Positions 41,699 to 52,715 are shown, counted from the first letter of the stretch. The stretch is DNA of 64,000 nt from an uncultured virus (IMG/VR IMGVR_UViG_3300032225_002272) (IMGVR_UViG_3300032225_002272); one strand, 5' to 3'. Notes: generated by a model from the letters alone, not told the origin. Program-made: numbers and translations.

Positions 41699-42483
41699 AT
41701 ATTTTTTTTTATAAATTTTTTCCAATAATTAATTTTGAGTTTATCCATATTCCATTCTTTATTTATCATTTCTTCATACATCTCATTTAAAAAATCCTCA
41801 CTTATTTCATTCCATTCTTTTATAAAAAGAATAGGTAGGTCTGTAAATAAATGGTGAGCATTTTCATATTTAACAATTGGTATGCTACCCATATATAAAG
41901 ACTCCCATATTCTGTGTGTATCTTTACCATTTCCTCTTGGGCAAAATACAAACTTAGACGACCTTAAATCCCTAAGAAATCTTTTTCTACCTTCTATACT
42001 GTTATCAATATCACCTATTTTAATCCAACTCTCATTCTTAAATTTATCAAAAATAAATTGTCTTTCAGTTGGATAGTTTGATATATTAAAGTTAATGTAA
42101 GATAGGTTTTCTTTCTTTATAGACTCGTTATAAACATCAACCATTATTTCTCTATTACCATATACTTTATGTAAAGGAGAGTCATCACAATCATTTGTGA
42201 TACCTAATGGTAGTCCATAAGTATTTTCATTTAAACTATCTTTATTTATACAAAATACTTTAGTAAATCTATTTGATATTTTATCAACAACCGAATAGTC
42301 AGAATGACCTATTACACAAACATCATTAATAAACTTTGGATGTGATTCTCCACGCCAGTTGAAAGCACCTGTATAAAAAAAATCTGTTTTTATATAACAA
42401 ATATTATTATCATTACAAAATGATAAATAACCATCTGTTGTTATGATGTCATTAGTATTATATTTGAATTCTTTTATTTTCAT
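41695..42483 (-). CDS. exostosin-like glycosyltransferase (GT47)
   Basis: SKFVFCPRGNGKDTHRIWESLYMGSIP. Confidence 0.8.
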   Translation of the reverse strand: MKIKEFKYNTNDIITTDGYLSFCNDNNICYIKTDFFYTGAFNWRGESHPKFINDVCVIGHSDYSVVDKISNRFTKVFCINKDSLNENTYGLPLGITNDCDDSPLHKVYGNREIMVDVYNESIKKENLSYINFNISNYPTERQFIFDKFKNESWIKIGDIDNSIEGRKRFLRDLRSSKFVFCPRGNGKDTHRIWESLYMGSIPIVKYENAHHLFTDLPILFIKEWNEISEDFLNEMYEEMINKEWNMDKLKINYWKKFIKKNI

Positions 42484-43109
42484 AATTTCTTGGCTACTAA
42501 ATATCCATTCCTTTCATTTGAGTCATGTAATACTTTAAATTCATTATTATTTCTAATTAAGTTAGCAACTTCATAGTTTTTAATAACATTAGTATCATCT
42601 AATATAAAATAGATTGATCTATCTTTTAATTTATTAAATTCAGAAAGACCACTGAATTCACCACCATCTAATATTAGTAAGTCTATCTTTTCAGGTATAA
42701 TATCTATTACATTTTTAACATTTTTGCAATTTTCAACATCTTCATTTCTCCAAGATTTTTGTGTTTCTCTTGAATAAATATTAAAAAATTTATCATCAAA
42801 GTTTGAAATTGGATCAATGTTTTCTTCCGGATCCACAATTGTGCCTAATATAAAATTAAAATTATCTAACTTTGGTAGATTTTTATAATTCTCAAGACAC
42901 TTTTGATAAAATTCCTCATTACACTCTAAAGTATAGACTAAATACTCTTCTTTTTTATCTAAAACTGCATCATAGATACATTTAGTACTTCCCATACCAT
43001 TCCATGTACCTATTTCAACTATATTCTTAACATCTTCTTGTAAACAAAGATTGTATATTATTTCTCCCAAACTTGATTCTCTATTTATTTGACCTGGTGT
43101 TCCTATCAT
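42480..43109 (-). CDS. putative methyltransferase
   Basis: IVEIGTWNGMGST, LLILDGGEFS, ILDD. Confidence 0.7.
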   Translation of the reverse strand: MIGTPGQINRESSLGEIIYNLCLQEDVKNIVEIGTWNGMGSTKCIYDAVLDKKEEYLVYTLECNEEFYQKCLENYKNLPKLDNFNFILGTIVDPEENIDPISNFDDKFFNIYSRETQKSWRNEDVENCKNVKNVIDIIPEKIDLLILDGGEFSGLSEFNKLKDRSIYFILDDTNVIKNYEVANLIRNNNEFKVLHDSNERNGYLVAKKL

Positions 43110-43798
43110 ATTATTGTAAAATTTAATTTTGAATGAGGCTTATAACCTCTATTTACTTTATTTTTTAAGTTTAGATGAAAAAATATATTACTATTTCTTA
43201 GTTGAAGTGAGTCAAAAATTAATCTAAAAGAACTATCAATAAAGTGTGACTCTTTACTATTTTGCATTAAGTAACAATAATCAAAACTGTTTTTGGTAAA
43301 TCCATCTACTGGTCTTATTATCTTTAAGTCTTTATTAATTATATATGATTCATCTATTTCATATCCTCTACTTTTATCATCATGTATAAAAATATACTCT
43401 TCTTCTTTTACATTAAACTTATCAAATAACTTTTTTTCAGATTCTGTATCTCTATCACATTTAAAACTAGACCATCTCTTCTCAAATGGTATATTATGTT
43501 GAATATAAAATGAATCATCAAAGTCATTAGCGCCTGATAAAGGAAGATGACAAAATCCTATTATTTTAATAGAGTTATTATCTATTCTATTTTCAATTAG
43601 ATATTGAACAACTTCAGCATCATCATTAATACTCTTTATAGATATATTATTTAAATCTCTAATCATAAAAGATACCGTATCAACGTTATGATGCTTAACA
43701 AATAAAGTATATTCATCATTATCATTTGTTAATTCACGATATAATCCATTACAAATTATATGATCTCCTAGTCCTAAGTGGTTATAAATATATTTCAT
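43106..43798 (-). CDS. putative glycosyltransferase (GT-B-like)
   Basis: HLGLGDHII, YIFIHDD, HFIDSSF. Confidence 0.6.
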   Translation of the reverse strand: MKYIYNHLGLGDHIICNGLYRELTNDNDEYTLFVKHHNVDTVSFMIRDLNNISIKSINDDAEVVQYLIENRIDNNSIKIIGFCHLPLSGANDFDDSFYIQHNIPFEKRWSSFKCDRDTESEKKLFDKFNVKEEEYIFIHDDKSRGYEIDESYIINKDLKIIRPVDGFTKNSFDYCYLMQNSKESHFIDSSFRLIFDSLQLRNSNIFFHLNLKNKVNRGYKPHSKLNFTII

Positions 43799-44475
43799 TA
43801 GCCTATTAAATTTTTTATTAATAACCAATAGTCAGGATGTCTAACCTCATTTTCATCAAACACATCACCAACAAATTCGTAGTTATTTCTTATAGTAGGA
43901 AAAGGTTTAATTGATCCACCAAAGTTTAAATTAAATTCTGAATGTTCCATACAGTTATTAATAATCAATGGGTAGACACATCTTCCTAAAAAATCTTGGT
44001 CTATTCCTTTTCTTTGAAACTGACCCCAACTTTCTATCATTTTTATTAGTCCAATTTTTTTCATTAGACTATTTCTACAACCCCACATTCCTCCTAAAAT
44101 AGGAACTGTATGATATGGATGGTCTCTCATTATATGAAAATCTTTATCAGAATCTAACCATTCTTTTATTGCCAATACTTCTCTCTCTGAAAATCTTGAA
44201 TCACAATCTCTTGATAAAAAAATATCAACATTCTCATCCTCAGCTGCCCAGAATCTCCAAAACATACCGTGAAAAGAATCTTTTGAATTAACTAAAATAA
44301 CTTCAACATTATCACCTTTAATTGATTCTATTAATTTTTGATTACAGCTTTCATCTATATAAAATCGGCAAATCCAACCTGGAAAATATTCTTTAACTTG
44401 TTCAATATTTCTAAGAGCTCCTTTCCAATAAATTGGATGGTTACCCCACAACGAATAAGATATTACATTTATCAT
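43798..44475 (-). CDS. putative glycosyltransferase
   Basis: ISYSLWG, MFWRF, SRDCDSR, FHIMRDHP, ILGGMWG, DQDFL. Confidence 0.65.
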   Translation of the reverse strand: MINVISYSLWGNHPIYWKGALRNIEQVKEYFPGWICRFYIDESCNQKLIESIKGDNVEVILVNSKDSFHGMFWRFWAAEDENVDIFLSRDCDSRFSEREVLAIKEWLDSDKDFHIMRDHPYHTVPILGGMWGCRNSLMKKIGLIKMIESWGQFQRKGIDQDFLGRCVYPLIINNCMEHSEFNLNFGGSIKPFPTIRNNYEFVGDVFDENEVRHPDYWLLIKNLIG

Positions 44476-45188
44476 AACCACATTGTATTTGTATCTAATT
44501 TAAACATTCTATCCTTAGATAAAGGAATATAATATTCAATTAGTCCTTCTTTTACAAAAAGTTCTAAATATCTATCACATGCTATAAATGGCTTTATATT
44601 ATTTAATATAATTTTTTTACATTCTTTAGTTATATAATAAGCTGATGTTCCTGATATATCACCAATATTATATTTACCTATATTATCACTTACTTTTTGT
44701 GAAGTAAAATTTTTCTCATCAGCATCTTTAAGCCATGGTGTGGATATTTGAAGATACAAAATTTTACCAATGGATTGTATTGATTTAAACTCTGTTATAA
44801 TAGTAAATAGATTATTAAATAAATCATTATCAAATAAAACATCATCTTCTAGTACTAATGTATCTTCATCTATATTCCATATTTCATAATGGCTTAAAGT
44901 ATTCGCCATATAAAAAATTGAATTTTCAGCATATGGTAATTTTTTATTTTTATAGTTTATATTTCCATCTTCAAGAGTAAAAATATTTGGAGTAATAGCA
45001 TTGAAATATTCAATATTAAAATTATCATTATTGAATGAATTTAAAAAAAAATCTATTTTTTCTCTTCTCTTAATATATCTTAATTTTTCACCAACAGTAT
45101 CCTTTTGATGACCAAAGTTTTGAACAGATTTAGAATCTTGCTCATCTTTTATATTAACTGATATAACTTTACAATTTATTATTTCCAT
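44472..45188 (-). CDS. glycosyltransferase family 25
   Basis: LSHYEIW, LVLEDD, GTSAYYI. Confidence 0.75.
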   Translation of the reverse strand: MEIINCKVISVNIKDEQDSKSVQNFGHQKDTVGEKLRYIKRREKIDFFLNSFNNDNFNIEYFNAITPNIFTLEDGNINYKNKKLPYAENSIFYMANTLSHYEIWNIDEDTLVLEDDVLFDNDLFNNLFTIITEFKSIQSIGKILYLQISTPWLKDADEKNFTSQKVSDNIGKYNIGDISGTSAYYITKECKKIILNNIKPFIACDRYLELFVKEGLIEYYIPLSKDRMFKLDTNTMWL

Positions 45189-45222
45189 ATATGAATTTTA
45201 ATTCCAAGATTTTTTATTTCTT

Positions 45223-46056
45223 CTACAATTTTTGATAAATTTTATATAAGAATGACTTTATATTTTCAATCTTATTATTGTCTGGTATATTATACTCTTC
45301 AAACCAAGGTTGTTTAAGTGTTTCTAAGTATTTACTTTCGTCTTTATCCAACTCTATGATATAATCAATCATATCTTTTTCTGAGTTGAAATCATAAAAG
45401 TTAACAAATGACTTAGTATTAAACTCTTTACCAATTAATGGATTTCCCCAATACAAAGGAATTGAATTAACAGTCATTGGTTCCATTATCTTTTCAGTTG
45501 TGTAGCCAGGTTGTTGAGGTCTATAAGCATTATTCTCAAAAGCAATAGAAAATTTATATTCTGATTGAAACTTTCTTTTTTCTGCAACAGCATAACCTAA
45601 GTTATTCATAAAACGACCACCAGAATCAACTTTCTTATATTTAGATAATTGATTAAAGAAGTTATTTCTTTCTGAACAATTACCATTAGACACAATAAAG
45701 TTACAGAACTTTCTTTTAGCCATTGACTCATCAATTTTCTTTTGATTGACTAACTCATAGTAACCATCATATAATAAATAATGAGGTAGTCTGTAATTTC
45801 TTTCATCATTTAAATAATCAAATGAAAATGAGTATTGACAATAATCTAATGGTGGTGCTACATTTTCTCCTGTATAAAATATCTTAGTACATTTATAATT
45901 CTGATGTTGATTCCCAAATACTGAAAAGAAAAGGTAATCTGGATTGTTAGATATCTCGACATCAAATTCTTCTTTCAATAAGTTATAAAAGTAGTTGTTT
46001 GTTTTATCAAATCCTCCCCAGAAATCAGAAAAGTCTATTTTAATTTTATTCTTCAT
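45223..46056 (-). CDS. alpha-1,3-fucosyltransferase (GT10)
   Basis: FYTGEN, KFCNFIVSN, YKFSIAFEN..GYTTEKI, IPLYWG. Confidence 0.9.
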   Translation of the reverse strand: MKNKIKIDFSDFWGGFDKTNNYFYNLLKEEFDVEISNNPDYLFFSVFGNQHQNYKCTKIFYTGENVAPPLDYCQYSFSFDYLNDERNYRLPHYLLYDGYYELVNQKKIDESMAKRKFCNFIVSNGNCSERNNFFNQLSKYKKVDSGGRFMNNLGYAVAEKRKFQSEYKFSIAFENNAYRPQQPGYTTEKIMEPMTVNSIPLYWGNPLIGKEFNTKSFVNFYDFNSEKDMIDYIIELDKDESKYLETLKQPWFEEYNIPDNNKIENIKSFLYKIYQKL

Positions 46057-46754
46057 ATCTTAATTCTTTCTTCTACTGGTAGTAATTTTCTTTTATCCCA
46101 AGTTGCCTGGTCTTCACCCCATTTAGCATTATAAGCTCTATCAGCATCATCAGGGTTTCTTTTATTTGCAGCATAGTGTAAATGCTCAAATGTAGTATCA
46201 TCATTCATTCTGTCATCATATAATAAACTTAAATCTTTTAAGTTATTGTACAACTCACAATCTGAAAACATATGATTATAAGCTGGATGATAAATAGTCA
46301 TATTTAATTTCTTCAAACAACCATAAGTCATAATAGGAATTGTAATAGCCGCATGTAACATATTAGATGAATCTGGTAATTGATAACCATCTCTAACCAT
46401 CAAAGCAACATCTCCTTTACCATTTAACTTATTAATCAAATAAGTGTCCCAACCTTGAGGTGCCATAAAATCATCAGAAGCAAATACAACGATATCATCA
46501 TCCTTCGCAGTTCCCATTTTAACTCCTAAATTAGAAGATAATTGGTAAGATGGATAACAAACACCAATCTTATTAGTATTTACTGTTATAATAAAGTTTT
46601 TATTTAAGTATTCTCTTAATTGGTCTGCGTGTTCTTTCCAATTAACAGCAACATAAGTTTGTATGTTTTCTGGATTATCAGCTCTTTTAATCCATTCTGT
46701 GTGTGCGTGTTGAAACTGAGCAGGTCTTAGTGTACACCATAAAATATGTATCAT
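46053..46754 (-). CDS. glycosyltransferase (GT-A/GT2-like)
   Basis: FASDDF..GWD, IYHPAY..FSD, FEHLHY. Confidence 0.7.
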   Translation of the reverse strand: MIHILWCTLRPAQFQHAHTEWIKRADNPENIQTYVAVNWKEHADQLREYLNKNFIITVNTNKIGVCYPSYQLSSNLGVKMGTAKDDDIVVFASDDFMAPQGWDTYLINKLNGKGDVALMVRDGYQLPDSSNMLHAAITIPIMTYGCLKKLNMTIYHPAYNHMFSDCELYNNLKDLSLLYDDRMNDDTTFEHLHYAANKRNPDDADRAYNAKWGEDQATWDKRKLLPVEERIKI

Positions 46755-47779
46755 AGATTGTTTATATTTTTAATATCATGACTCATCATGAGTTTTACCA
46801 ACTCTTCAAATTTAACTTTAGGTTCCCAACCTAAAACTGTCTTAGCTTTAGTGTAATCACCAATAAGCAAATCAACCTCAGCAGGTCTTAAATACTTTTT
46901 ATCTAATTCCACTATAACTAATCCATCTGATACGCCTTTTTCATTTTCTCCTTCGCCTTCCCAAGTTAAGTTCCAACCACACTCTTTACAAGCTAATTCA
47001 ACGAATTCTTTAATAGTATGTGTTTCATTGGTTGAAAGGACATAATCATCTGGAGTATCTTGTTGTAACATCAACCACATACCATATACAAAGTCTTTAG
47101 CATAACCCCAATCTCTTTTAGAATAAAGATTACCCAAAACTAATTTAGGAAATTCTTGACCGTTATCTATACAGTTTTTAATTTTAGCTAAAGCTAAAGT
47201 TATTTTACGAGTAACAAATGTTTCACCTCTTCTTTCACCTTCATGATTAAAGAGTATACCATTACTAATATGTAAACCATAAGCTTCTCTGTAGTTTTTA
47301 CAAATCCAGAAAGAATATAATTTAGCAACGCCATAAGGACTTCTTGGATGAAAAGGTGTTATCTCTGTTTGAGGTACTTCTTTAACTAAACCATACATTT
47401 CTGATGTACAAGCATTATAGAATCTAGCATTAGGACAATGCTTTCTATAAGCTTCAATAAATCTAAGTGTACCTAAAGCATCAACTTGACCAGTATATTC
47501 TGGTAATTCAAATGATACTTTCACATGTGATTGAGCGGCTAAGTGATAAATTTCATCTGGTTTAATTTCACTCATAAGTCTATCAAGACAAAGTGAGTCA
47601 GTCATATCACCATAGTGTAATTTAATTTTATTATAGATATGATCAATTCGACCAGTATTGATAGTAGATGATCTTCTAACAATTCCATGAACTTCATATC
47701 CTTTCTCAAGTAATAACTCGGCTAAATAAGAGCCATCTTGTCCTGTTATACCTGTTATAAATGCTTTTTTATTTGACAT
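46751..47779 (-). CDS. gmd: GDP-mannose 4,6-dehydratase
   Basis: [47 protein letters not shown]. Confidence 0.97.
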   Translation of the reverse strand: MSNKKAFITGITGQDGSYLAELLLEKGYEVHGIVRRSSTINTGRIDHIYNKIKLHYGDMTDSLCLDRLMSEIKPDEIYHLAAQSHVKVSFELPEYTGQVDALGTLRFIEAYRKHCPNARFYNACTSEMYGLVKEVPQTEITPFHPRSPYGVAKLYSFWICKNYREAYGLHISNGILFNHEGERRGETFVTRKITLALAKIKNCIDNGQEFPKLVLGNLYSKRDWGYAKDFVYGMWLMLQQDTPDDYVLSTNETHTIKEFVELACKECGWNLTWEGEGENEKGVSDGLVIVELDKKYLRPAEVDLLIGDYTKAKTVLGWEPKVKFEELVKLMMSHDIKNINNL

Positions 47780-48689
47780 AATCTTTATAAGTTTTTTCTA
47801 TACCATCTCTCAAAGAGGTTTTGTATTCCCAACCTAAATCTTTTAACTTAGAAACATCTAAAAGTTTTCTTGGTGTACCATCCGGCATATCTGTATTAAA
47901 ATAAATATCACCTTCAAAGTTAACAACTTCTTTTATTGTTAAAGCCAAGTCTTTAATTGTTATATCCACACCAGTGCCAATGTTTACAAATTCACTATTA
48001 TTATATTTCAACATAAGATGATGACAAGCATCAGCTAAATCATCAACATAAAGAAACTCTCTCATTGGAGTTCCAGTTCCCCAGATTTCAACTTTATCTT
48101 TACCTTCTAATTTAGCCTCATGAAATTTACGAATCATTGCAGGTAAAACGTGAGAGTTATTCAAATCATAATTATCATTTGGTCCGTAAAGATTGGTAGG
48201 CATTACTGAAATGAAATTAGTACCATATTGTTGATTAAAGCTTTGACACATTTTAATACCGGCTATCTTAGCAATAGCATAAGCATCATTTGTTGGTTCT
48301 AATGAACCGGTTAATAAATACTCTTCTTTAATAGGCTGAGGTGACATCTTAGGATAAATACAAGATGAGCCTAAGAATAGTAATTTTTTAACATTATAAT
48401 CTTTAGAGGCTTTAATTATATTAGACTGAATCATAATATTTTCATAAATAAAATCACCTTTCATTTCATTGTTTGCTTTTATACCACCTACTTTAGCGGC
48501 ACAAAGAAAAACATATTCTGGTTTTTGTTTATTAAAAAAATTATCAACTTCTGATTGATCTATAAGATTACATTTATTTTTAGAGATTGTTATTATATTT
48601 TTATATCCTAACTCTGTTAGTTTCCTAACTATTGCAGATCCAACCATTCCTCGGTGACCTGCTACAAAAATTTTATCATTAAGTTCCAT
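47769..48689 (-). CDS. fcl: GDP-L-fucose synthase
   Basis: [39 protein letters not shown]. Confidence 0.96.
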   Translation of the reverse strand: MELNDKIFVAGHRGMVGSAIVRKLTELGYKNIITISKNKCNLIDQSEVDNFFNKQKPEYVFLCAAKVGGIKANNEMKGDFIYENIMIQSNIIKASKDYNVKKLLFLGSSCIYPKMSPQPIKEEYLLTGSLEPTNDAYAIAKIAGIKMCQSFNQQYGTNFISVMPTNLYGPNDNYDLNNSHVLPAMIRKFHEAKLEGKDKVEIWGTGTPMREFLYVDDLADACHHLMLKYNNSEFVNIGTGVDITIKDLALTIKEVVNFEGDIYFNTDMPDGTPRKLLDVSKLKDLGWEYKTSLRDGIEKTYKDYVK

Positions 48690-48772
48690 TTGACTTATAT
48701 TGATTAATATAGGAATTGTTTAAAATAAAAAAGAGAGAGAGTTAAAAAACTCTCTCTTAAAGAACAAAGATT

Positions 48773-50905
48773 TTATTCTGTATCTTTTTTCTTTCTTGTA
48801 GTAGTTTTCTTCTTTGGTGGAGAAGTTATTACGACAACCATCTTGTCGTCTTCTTTATTGTAATCTAACAATAATTTAGACATCTTTTCTGGATTTTGTT
48901 GGATGATTTCTTCTGTTAGAACATCTTCAACATACTTCTGAATAGCTCTCTTCAAAGGTCTAGCACCATATTCTGGGTCAAATCCTTGAGAAGCAATATA
49001 CTCAATAGCACCTTCCGTAATTTCTAATTCAAATTCCATCTTTTGAACACGGTCAACTAATTTTTCTAATTCAATACCAATAATCTTATTGATATCTTCT
49101 TTTACTAAAGAGTTGAACATTACAACATCATCAATACGATTTAAGAACTCAGGTGCGAATTTCTTCTTCAACTCTTTATCAATCACCGCATTTGATTCTT
49201 GTTGACCTTTCATTTCTTTATTCTTAGTATTGAAACCAACTCCAGTTCCAAATTCTTTCAACTGACGTGAACCAGTATTAGAAGTCATAATGATAATGGT
49301 ATTTTTAAAGTTAACTTTTCTACCAAGAGAATCTGTTAACTGACCATCGTCAAGAACTTGAAGTAACAAGTTGAATACTTCTGGGTGAGCTTTCTCAATT
49401 TCATCAAGAAGTACCACAGAGTAAGGCTTACGTCTAACTTTTTCAGTTAACTGTCCACCTTCATCGTGACCAACATATCCTGGAGGCGCACCAATCAAAC
49501 GAGATACGGCAAATTTCTCCATGTATTCAGACATATCAATTCTAATTAAAGAATCTTCTGAGTCGAATAGATACTTAGCCAAGACTTTAGCCAATTGTGT
49601 TTTACCAACACCAGTAGGCCCTAAGAACATAAATGAACCGATTGGTTTGTTTGGGTCTTTCAAACCAACACGACCTCTTTGAATTGCTTTCACAATTTTC
49701 TTAACCGCATCATCTTGTCCAATAACTTTACCAACGATAGAGTCTTGCATTTTACCAAGTTTAGAAGTTTCATTTTCAGAGACCTTTTGAAGAGGAATAC
49801 CTGTCATCATCGAAACGACTTCAGCTACGTTATCTTCTGTTACGGTTTGTTTGTTGTTAGAGCATTCATCTTCCCATTTCTTTCTCTCAGCTTCTAAAGA
49901 TTCATTAAGTTGACGTTCAACGTCTCTTAATTTAGCCGCTTCTTCATAACGTTGAGAACGAATAACTTGATTCTTTTTCTCTTTAATTTCACTAATCTTG
50001 TTCTCAATATCAGTAATTGATTGAGGAACAACAATGTTTGAAATGTGTACACGAGATCCAGCTTCGTCTAAAGCATCGATAGCTTTATCTGGTAAAAATC
50101 TATCAGTAACATAACGGTCAGTTAAATCAACACAAGCTTTGATAGCTTGCTCAGTGTAAACTACATTGTGATGAGATTCATACTTATCTTTAATGTTAGC
50201 GATAATTTGAATTGTTTCTTCAGCAGAAGCTGGTTCAACAATTACTTTTTGGAAACGTCTTTCGAGAGCACCATCTTTTTCAATATGCTTACGATATTCA
50301 TCTAACGTAGTAGCACCAATGATTTGGATTTCACCACGAGCTAAAGCCGGTTTGAACATATTAGAAGCATCTAATGATCCAGAAGCACCACCAGCACCGA
50401 TGATTGTATGGATTTCATCAATGAAAAGGATTACATCTGGCTCTTTCTCCATTTCAGCCATTAAGGCTTTGATACGTTCTTCAAACTGACCACGGTATTT
50501 AGTACCAGCAACCATAGAAGCTAAGTCAAGCATTACAACTCTTTTGTTAAAAAGAATTCTACTTACTTTTCTTTGAACGATACGAAGTGCCAAACCTTCA
50601 GCAATTGAAGACTTACCAACTCCTGGCTCACCAATTAAGATTGGATTGTTTTTCTTTCTACGAGAAAGAATTTGAGAAACTCTTTCAATCTCTTTTTCTC
50701 TACCAATGATAGCATCTAATTTTCCCTCTTCAGCCATTTTAGTTAAATCACGGCTGTATGTATCTAATACAGGAGTTTTAGACTTAGAGTCTGGTTTTCT
50801 TGAATTAGAAAATGAAGGTCCATCATCATCATCATCTTCGATAGCGGCTTTGATGTCTGGTGAAACATAGTCTCTACCCTCGATGTCGTTTTTTATATTC
50901 TTCAT
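48773..50905 (-). CDS. clpC: ClpC/ClpB-type AAA+ chaperone lacking the N-terminal Clp repeats
   Basis: Two AAA modules ([16 protein letters not shown]), UVR-like middle coiled coil, GAPPGYVG. Confidence 0.9.
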   Translation of the reverse strand: MKNIKNDIEGRDYVSPDIKAAIEDDDDDGPSFSNSRKPDSKSKTPVLDTYSRDLTKMAEEGKLDAIIGREKEIERVSQILSRRKKNNPILIGEPGVGKSSIAEGLALRIVQRKVSRILFNKRVVMLDLASMVAGTKYRGQFEERIKALMAEMEKEPDVILFIDEIHTIIGAGGASGSLDASNMFKPALARGEIQIIGATTLDEYRKHIEKDGALERRFQKVIVEPASAEETIQIIANIKDKYESHHNVVYTEQAIKACVDLTDRYVTDRFLPDKAIDALDEAGSRVHISNIVVPQSITDIENKISEIKEKKNQVIRSQRYEEAAKLRDVERQLNESLEAERKKWEDECSNNKQTVTEDNVAEVVSMMTGIPLQKVSENETSKLGKMQDSIVGKVIGQDDAVKKIVKAIQRGRVGLKDPNKPIGSFMFLGPTGVGKTQLAKVLAKYLFDSEDSLIRIDMSEYMEKFAVSRLIGAPPGYVGHDEGGQLTEKVRRKPYSVVLLDEIEKAHPEVFNLLLQVLDDGQLTDSLGRKVNFKNTIIIMTSNTGSRQLKEFGTGVGFNTKNKEMKGQQESNAVIDKELKKKFAPEFLNRIDDVVMFNSLVKEDINKIIGIELEKLVDRVQKMEFELEITEGAIEYIASQGFDPEYGARPLKRAIQKYVEDVLTEEIIQQNPEKMSKLLLDYNKEDDKMVVVITSPPKKKTTTRKKKDTE

Positions 50906-50922
50906 ATTTTAAATTTACTTGT

Positions 50923-51270
50923 TTATTTTATATTATTATTTTGCTCGTTGTTTAGAACTTCGTCAATAATTTCTTCTCTTCGTTCTGAAATGTCTTTATT
51001 ATTCAGTAAATCACATCTTAAAGAGATATTCATTGTAGTATTATCAGTGTCAATTGTTTTAATTATTGTTCCTTTTGCTTCAAACTCTTTACCAACAATA
51101 TTAAACTTTTCTCTATTTTCAAACTTATTAAAGAATAAATTTGAATAACTTGGATATTTACTAATGTCAAACGATAACAATATTGAAGCATGAACTCCAA
51201 TACTTAATTGAATACTCATATCTTTTATAAAGAATGTCTCGTTATTAATTTTTATCCAAGATTCTTTCAT
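50923..51270 (-). CDS. hypothetical protein
   Basis: Ends RREEIIDEVLN.. Confidence 0.65.
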   Translation of the reverse strand: MKESWIKINNETFFIKDMSIQLSIGVHASILLSFDISKYPSYSNLFFNKFENREKFNIVGKEFEAKGTIIKTIDTDNTTMNISLRCDLLNNKDISERREEIIDEVLNNEQNNNIK

Positions 51271-51851
51271 TATGCTAACCTAAAGTTTTTTAAGAAGTCT
51301 CTCAAGAAAGCATTCTTTTCACCGCCAACTAAATTTATCCACTCTTGATAAACTTTTTTATCATGTTTACTTTTAGAGTTTTTTATTTCATTTGCAATTT
51401 GATAAGCACTTCCAGTACCAACAATTAAATCACCATAGTTTTCAATAACCCAATCTTCAAAGTCAGGATATTTCTTACGATTAAAAACTCGCTCATCAAC
51501 AATAAACACGACAGCTGTCAATTGGTCACCTAAGTCTGGCTCATTGAAATGAGCTAACTCAACACCATTATCCATTAAAGTAAGTAAATGATTATTCAAA
51601 CTTCCAAATGGCATACCATCTTCTAAAGAAGTTTTATGATTTGTTGTACCACCATTAAGAATGATAAATGTTTTCCAGTTATCAGCCCAATCATCATATT
51701 TTTTTGTAACTTCAATATCATTGAATGGTAGTTTTTTCATTTTTTGACCATACTCAACAACCGCGTGTCCAAATTGAATTGCTTGTTGAATTGGTGAAAT
51801 ATTATATGGTACAAGACCATACATCCTTAATTCTAATTTCCTATTATTCAT
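51270..51851 (-). CDS. peptidyl-tRNA hydrolase type 2-like protein
   Basis: AIQFGHAV, W..KTFIILNG, FNEPDLGDQLTAV. Confidence 0.6.
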   Translation of the reverse strand: MNNRKLELRMYGLVPYNISPIQQAIQFGHAVVEYGQKMKKLPFNDIEVTKKYDDWADNWKTFIILNGGTTNHKTSLEDGMPFGSLNNHLLTLMDNGVELAHFNEPDLGDQLTAVVFIVDERVFNRKKYPDFEDWVIENYGDLIVGTGSAYQIANEIKNSKSKHDKKVYQEWINLVGGEKNAFLRDFLKNFRLA

Positions 51852-51861
51852 ATTTTTTATA

Positions 51862-52350
51862 TTAGATTTTATTAGAAAGGTTTCTATTACTAAATTGTTT
51901 TAATCCAGTTACTTCAAGTAATAGTTTATCCGCTATAAAATTAGGAATATTTACTTTATGATTTTTTGTAGGAATTTCAATTTCAGCGACAATCAAATGG
52001 TGACCACTATTGAACATATCTACTTCCCAGTATAATTTACCATCAGGATAAATCCATCTTTCTTTAGTTATAAATCTGGATTCAGTTGTAGATAATAAAC
52101 AATGAGATTTAAATTCTTTGAATTCTTTTTCAGTTAGAAATTTTTCATCTTCAAGGTTGACACCTTTTGAAACACTTTTCTTTACAGTATGAATATACGA
52201 TTTACCATTGATATTAGAATTCCAAGATCTGGCCCTTTCCCAAACACCGCTTGAGTTTTTAAAGTAATACTGGTCAATTTTAACAATCTCAGTTGGAGGT
52301 ATGTCAGGCATTGCTTTTAGCAAAAATTTGCGCTCGATTTCTAATTTCAT
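51862..52350 (-). CDS. CYTH-domain triphosphatase/adenylate cyclase-like protein
   Basis: EIERKFL, ITKER, WEVD, AEIE. Confidence 0.85.
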   Translation of the reverse strand: MKLEIERKFLLKAMPDIPPTEIVKIDQYYFKNSSGVWERARSWNSNINGKSYIHTVKKSVSKGVNLEDEKFLTEKEFKEFKSHCLLSTTESRFITKERWIYPDGKLYWEVDMFNSGHHLIVAEIEIPTKNHKVNIPNFIADKLLLEVTGLKQFSNRNLSNKI

Positions 52351-52410
52351 TAATCTAGTATTTTATAACAGCAAATATATAATTTTTTTCTTAAACTATA
52401 ACTAAATATC

Positions 52411-52441
52411 AAAAAAAAATCCCGTCATTTGACAGGATTTA
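52411..52441 (-). terminator. intrinsic terminator ending the ncRNA/tRNA unit
   Basis: AAATCCTGTCA-AA-TGACGGGATTTTTTTTT on the minus strand. Confidence 0.75.
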
Positions 52442-52549
52442 ATTTTCTCTATTTTTTTCCATCTTTTTCTTCTCCTTGTACATTATTACTGCTAGAGTAG
52501 ACAATAATACTACTGGTGTGGCAATAGCCGCATAGATTTCTGAATTCAT
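52439..52549 (-). CDS. 36-aa single-pass membrane peptide
   Basis: MNSEIYAAIATPVVLLSTLAVIMYKEKKKMEKNREN*. Confidence 0.55.
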   Translation of the reverse strand: MNSEIYAAIATPVVLLSTLAVIMYKEKKKMEKNREN

Positions 52550-52563
52550 TAAGATTTTGTTTA

Positions 52564-52636
52564 GTGTGGAGTTTGGTATCCACCCTGTCTTTGACAGACC
52601 CCTCTGTTTAGAGGTGAGTTAACCACTACGAAAACT
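52564..52636 (-). ncRNA. structured RNA repeat, copy A
   Basis: Three hairpins CCTCT/AGAGG, CTGTC/GACAG, GTGGA/TCCAC; near-identical to copy B. Confidence 0.55.
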
Positions 52637-52638
52637 TT

Positions 52639-52715
52639 GTGTGGAGTTTGGTACCCACCCTGTCTGTGACAGACCCCTCAGTTAGAGGAATTAAGAGTTA
52701 ACCACTACGAAAACT
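52639..52715 (-). ncRNA. structured RNA repeat, copy B
   Basis: Same hairpins; changes fall in loops or linkers, or give G.U on the minus strand. Confidence 0.55.

Noticed and set aside
6459..52441. Shared TCA-AA-TGA terminator loops as a mobile repeat family
   Set aside because: The stems differ and all sit at gene ends, so ordinary intrinsic terminators are sufficient.
52564..52715. Tandem repeats as a mini-CRISPR or a named ribozyme (theta/HDV, twister, hammerhead)
   Set aside because: No spacer between the units, and I could not fit the full consensus topology of any of these ribozymes by eye.
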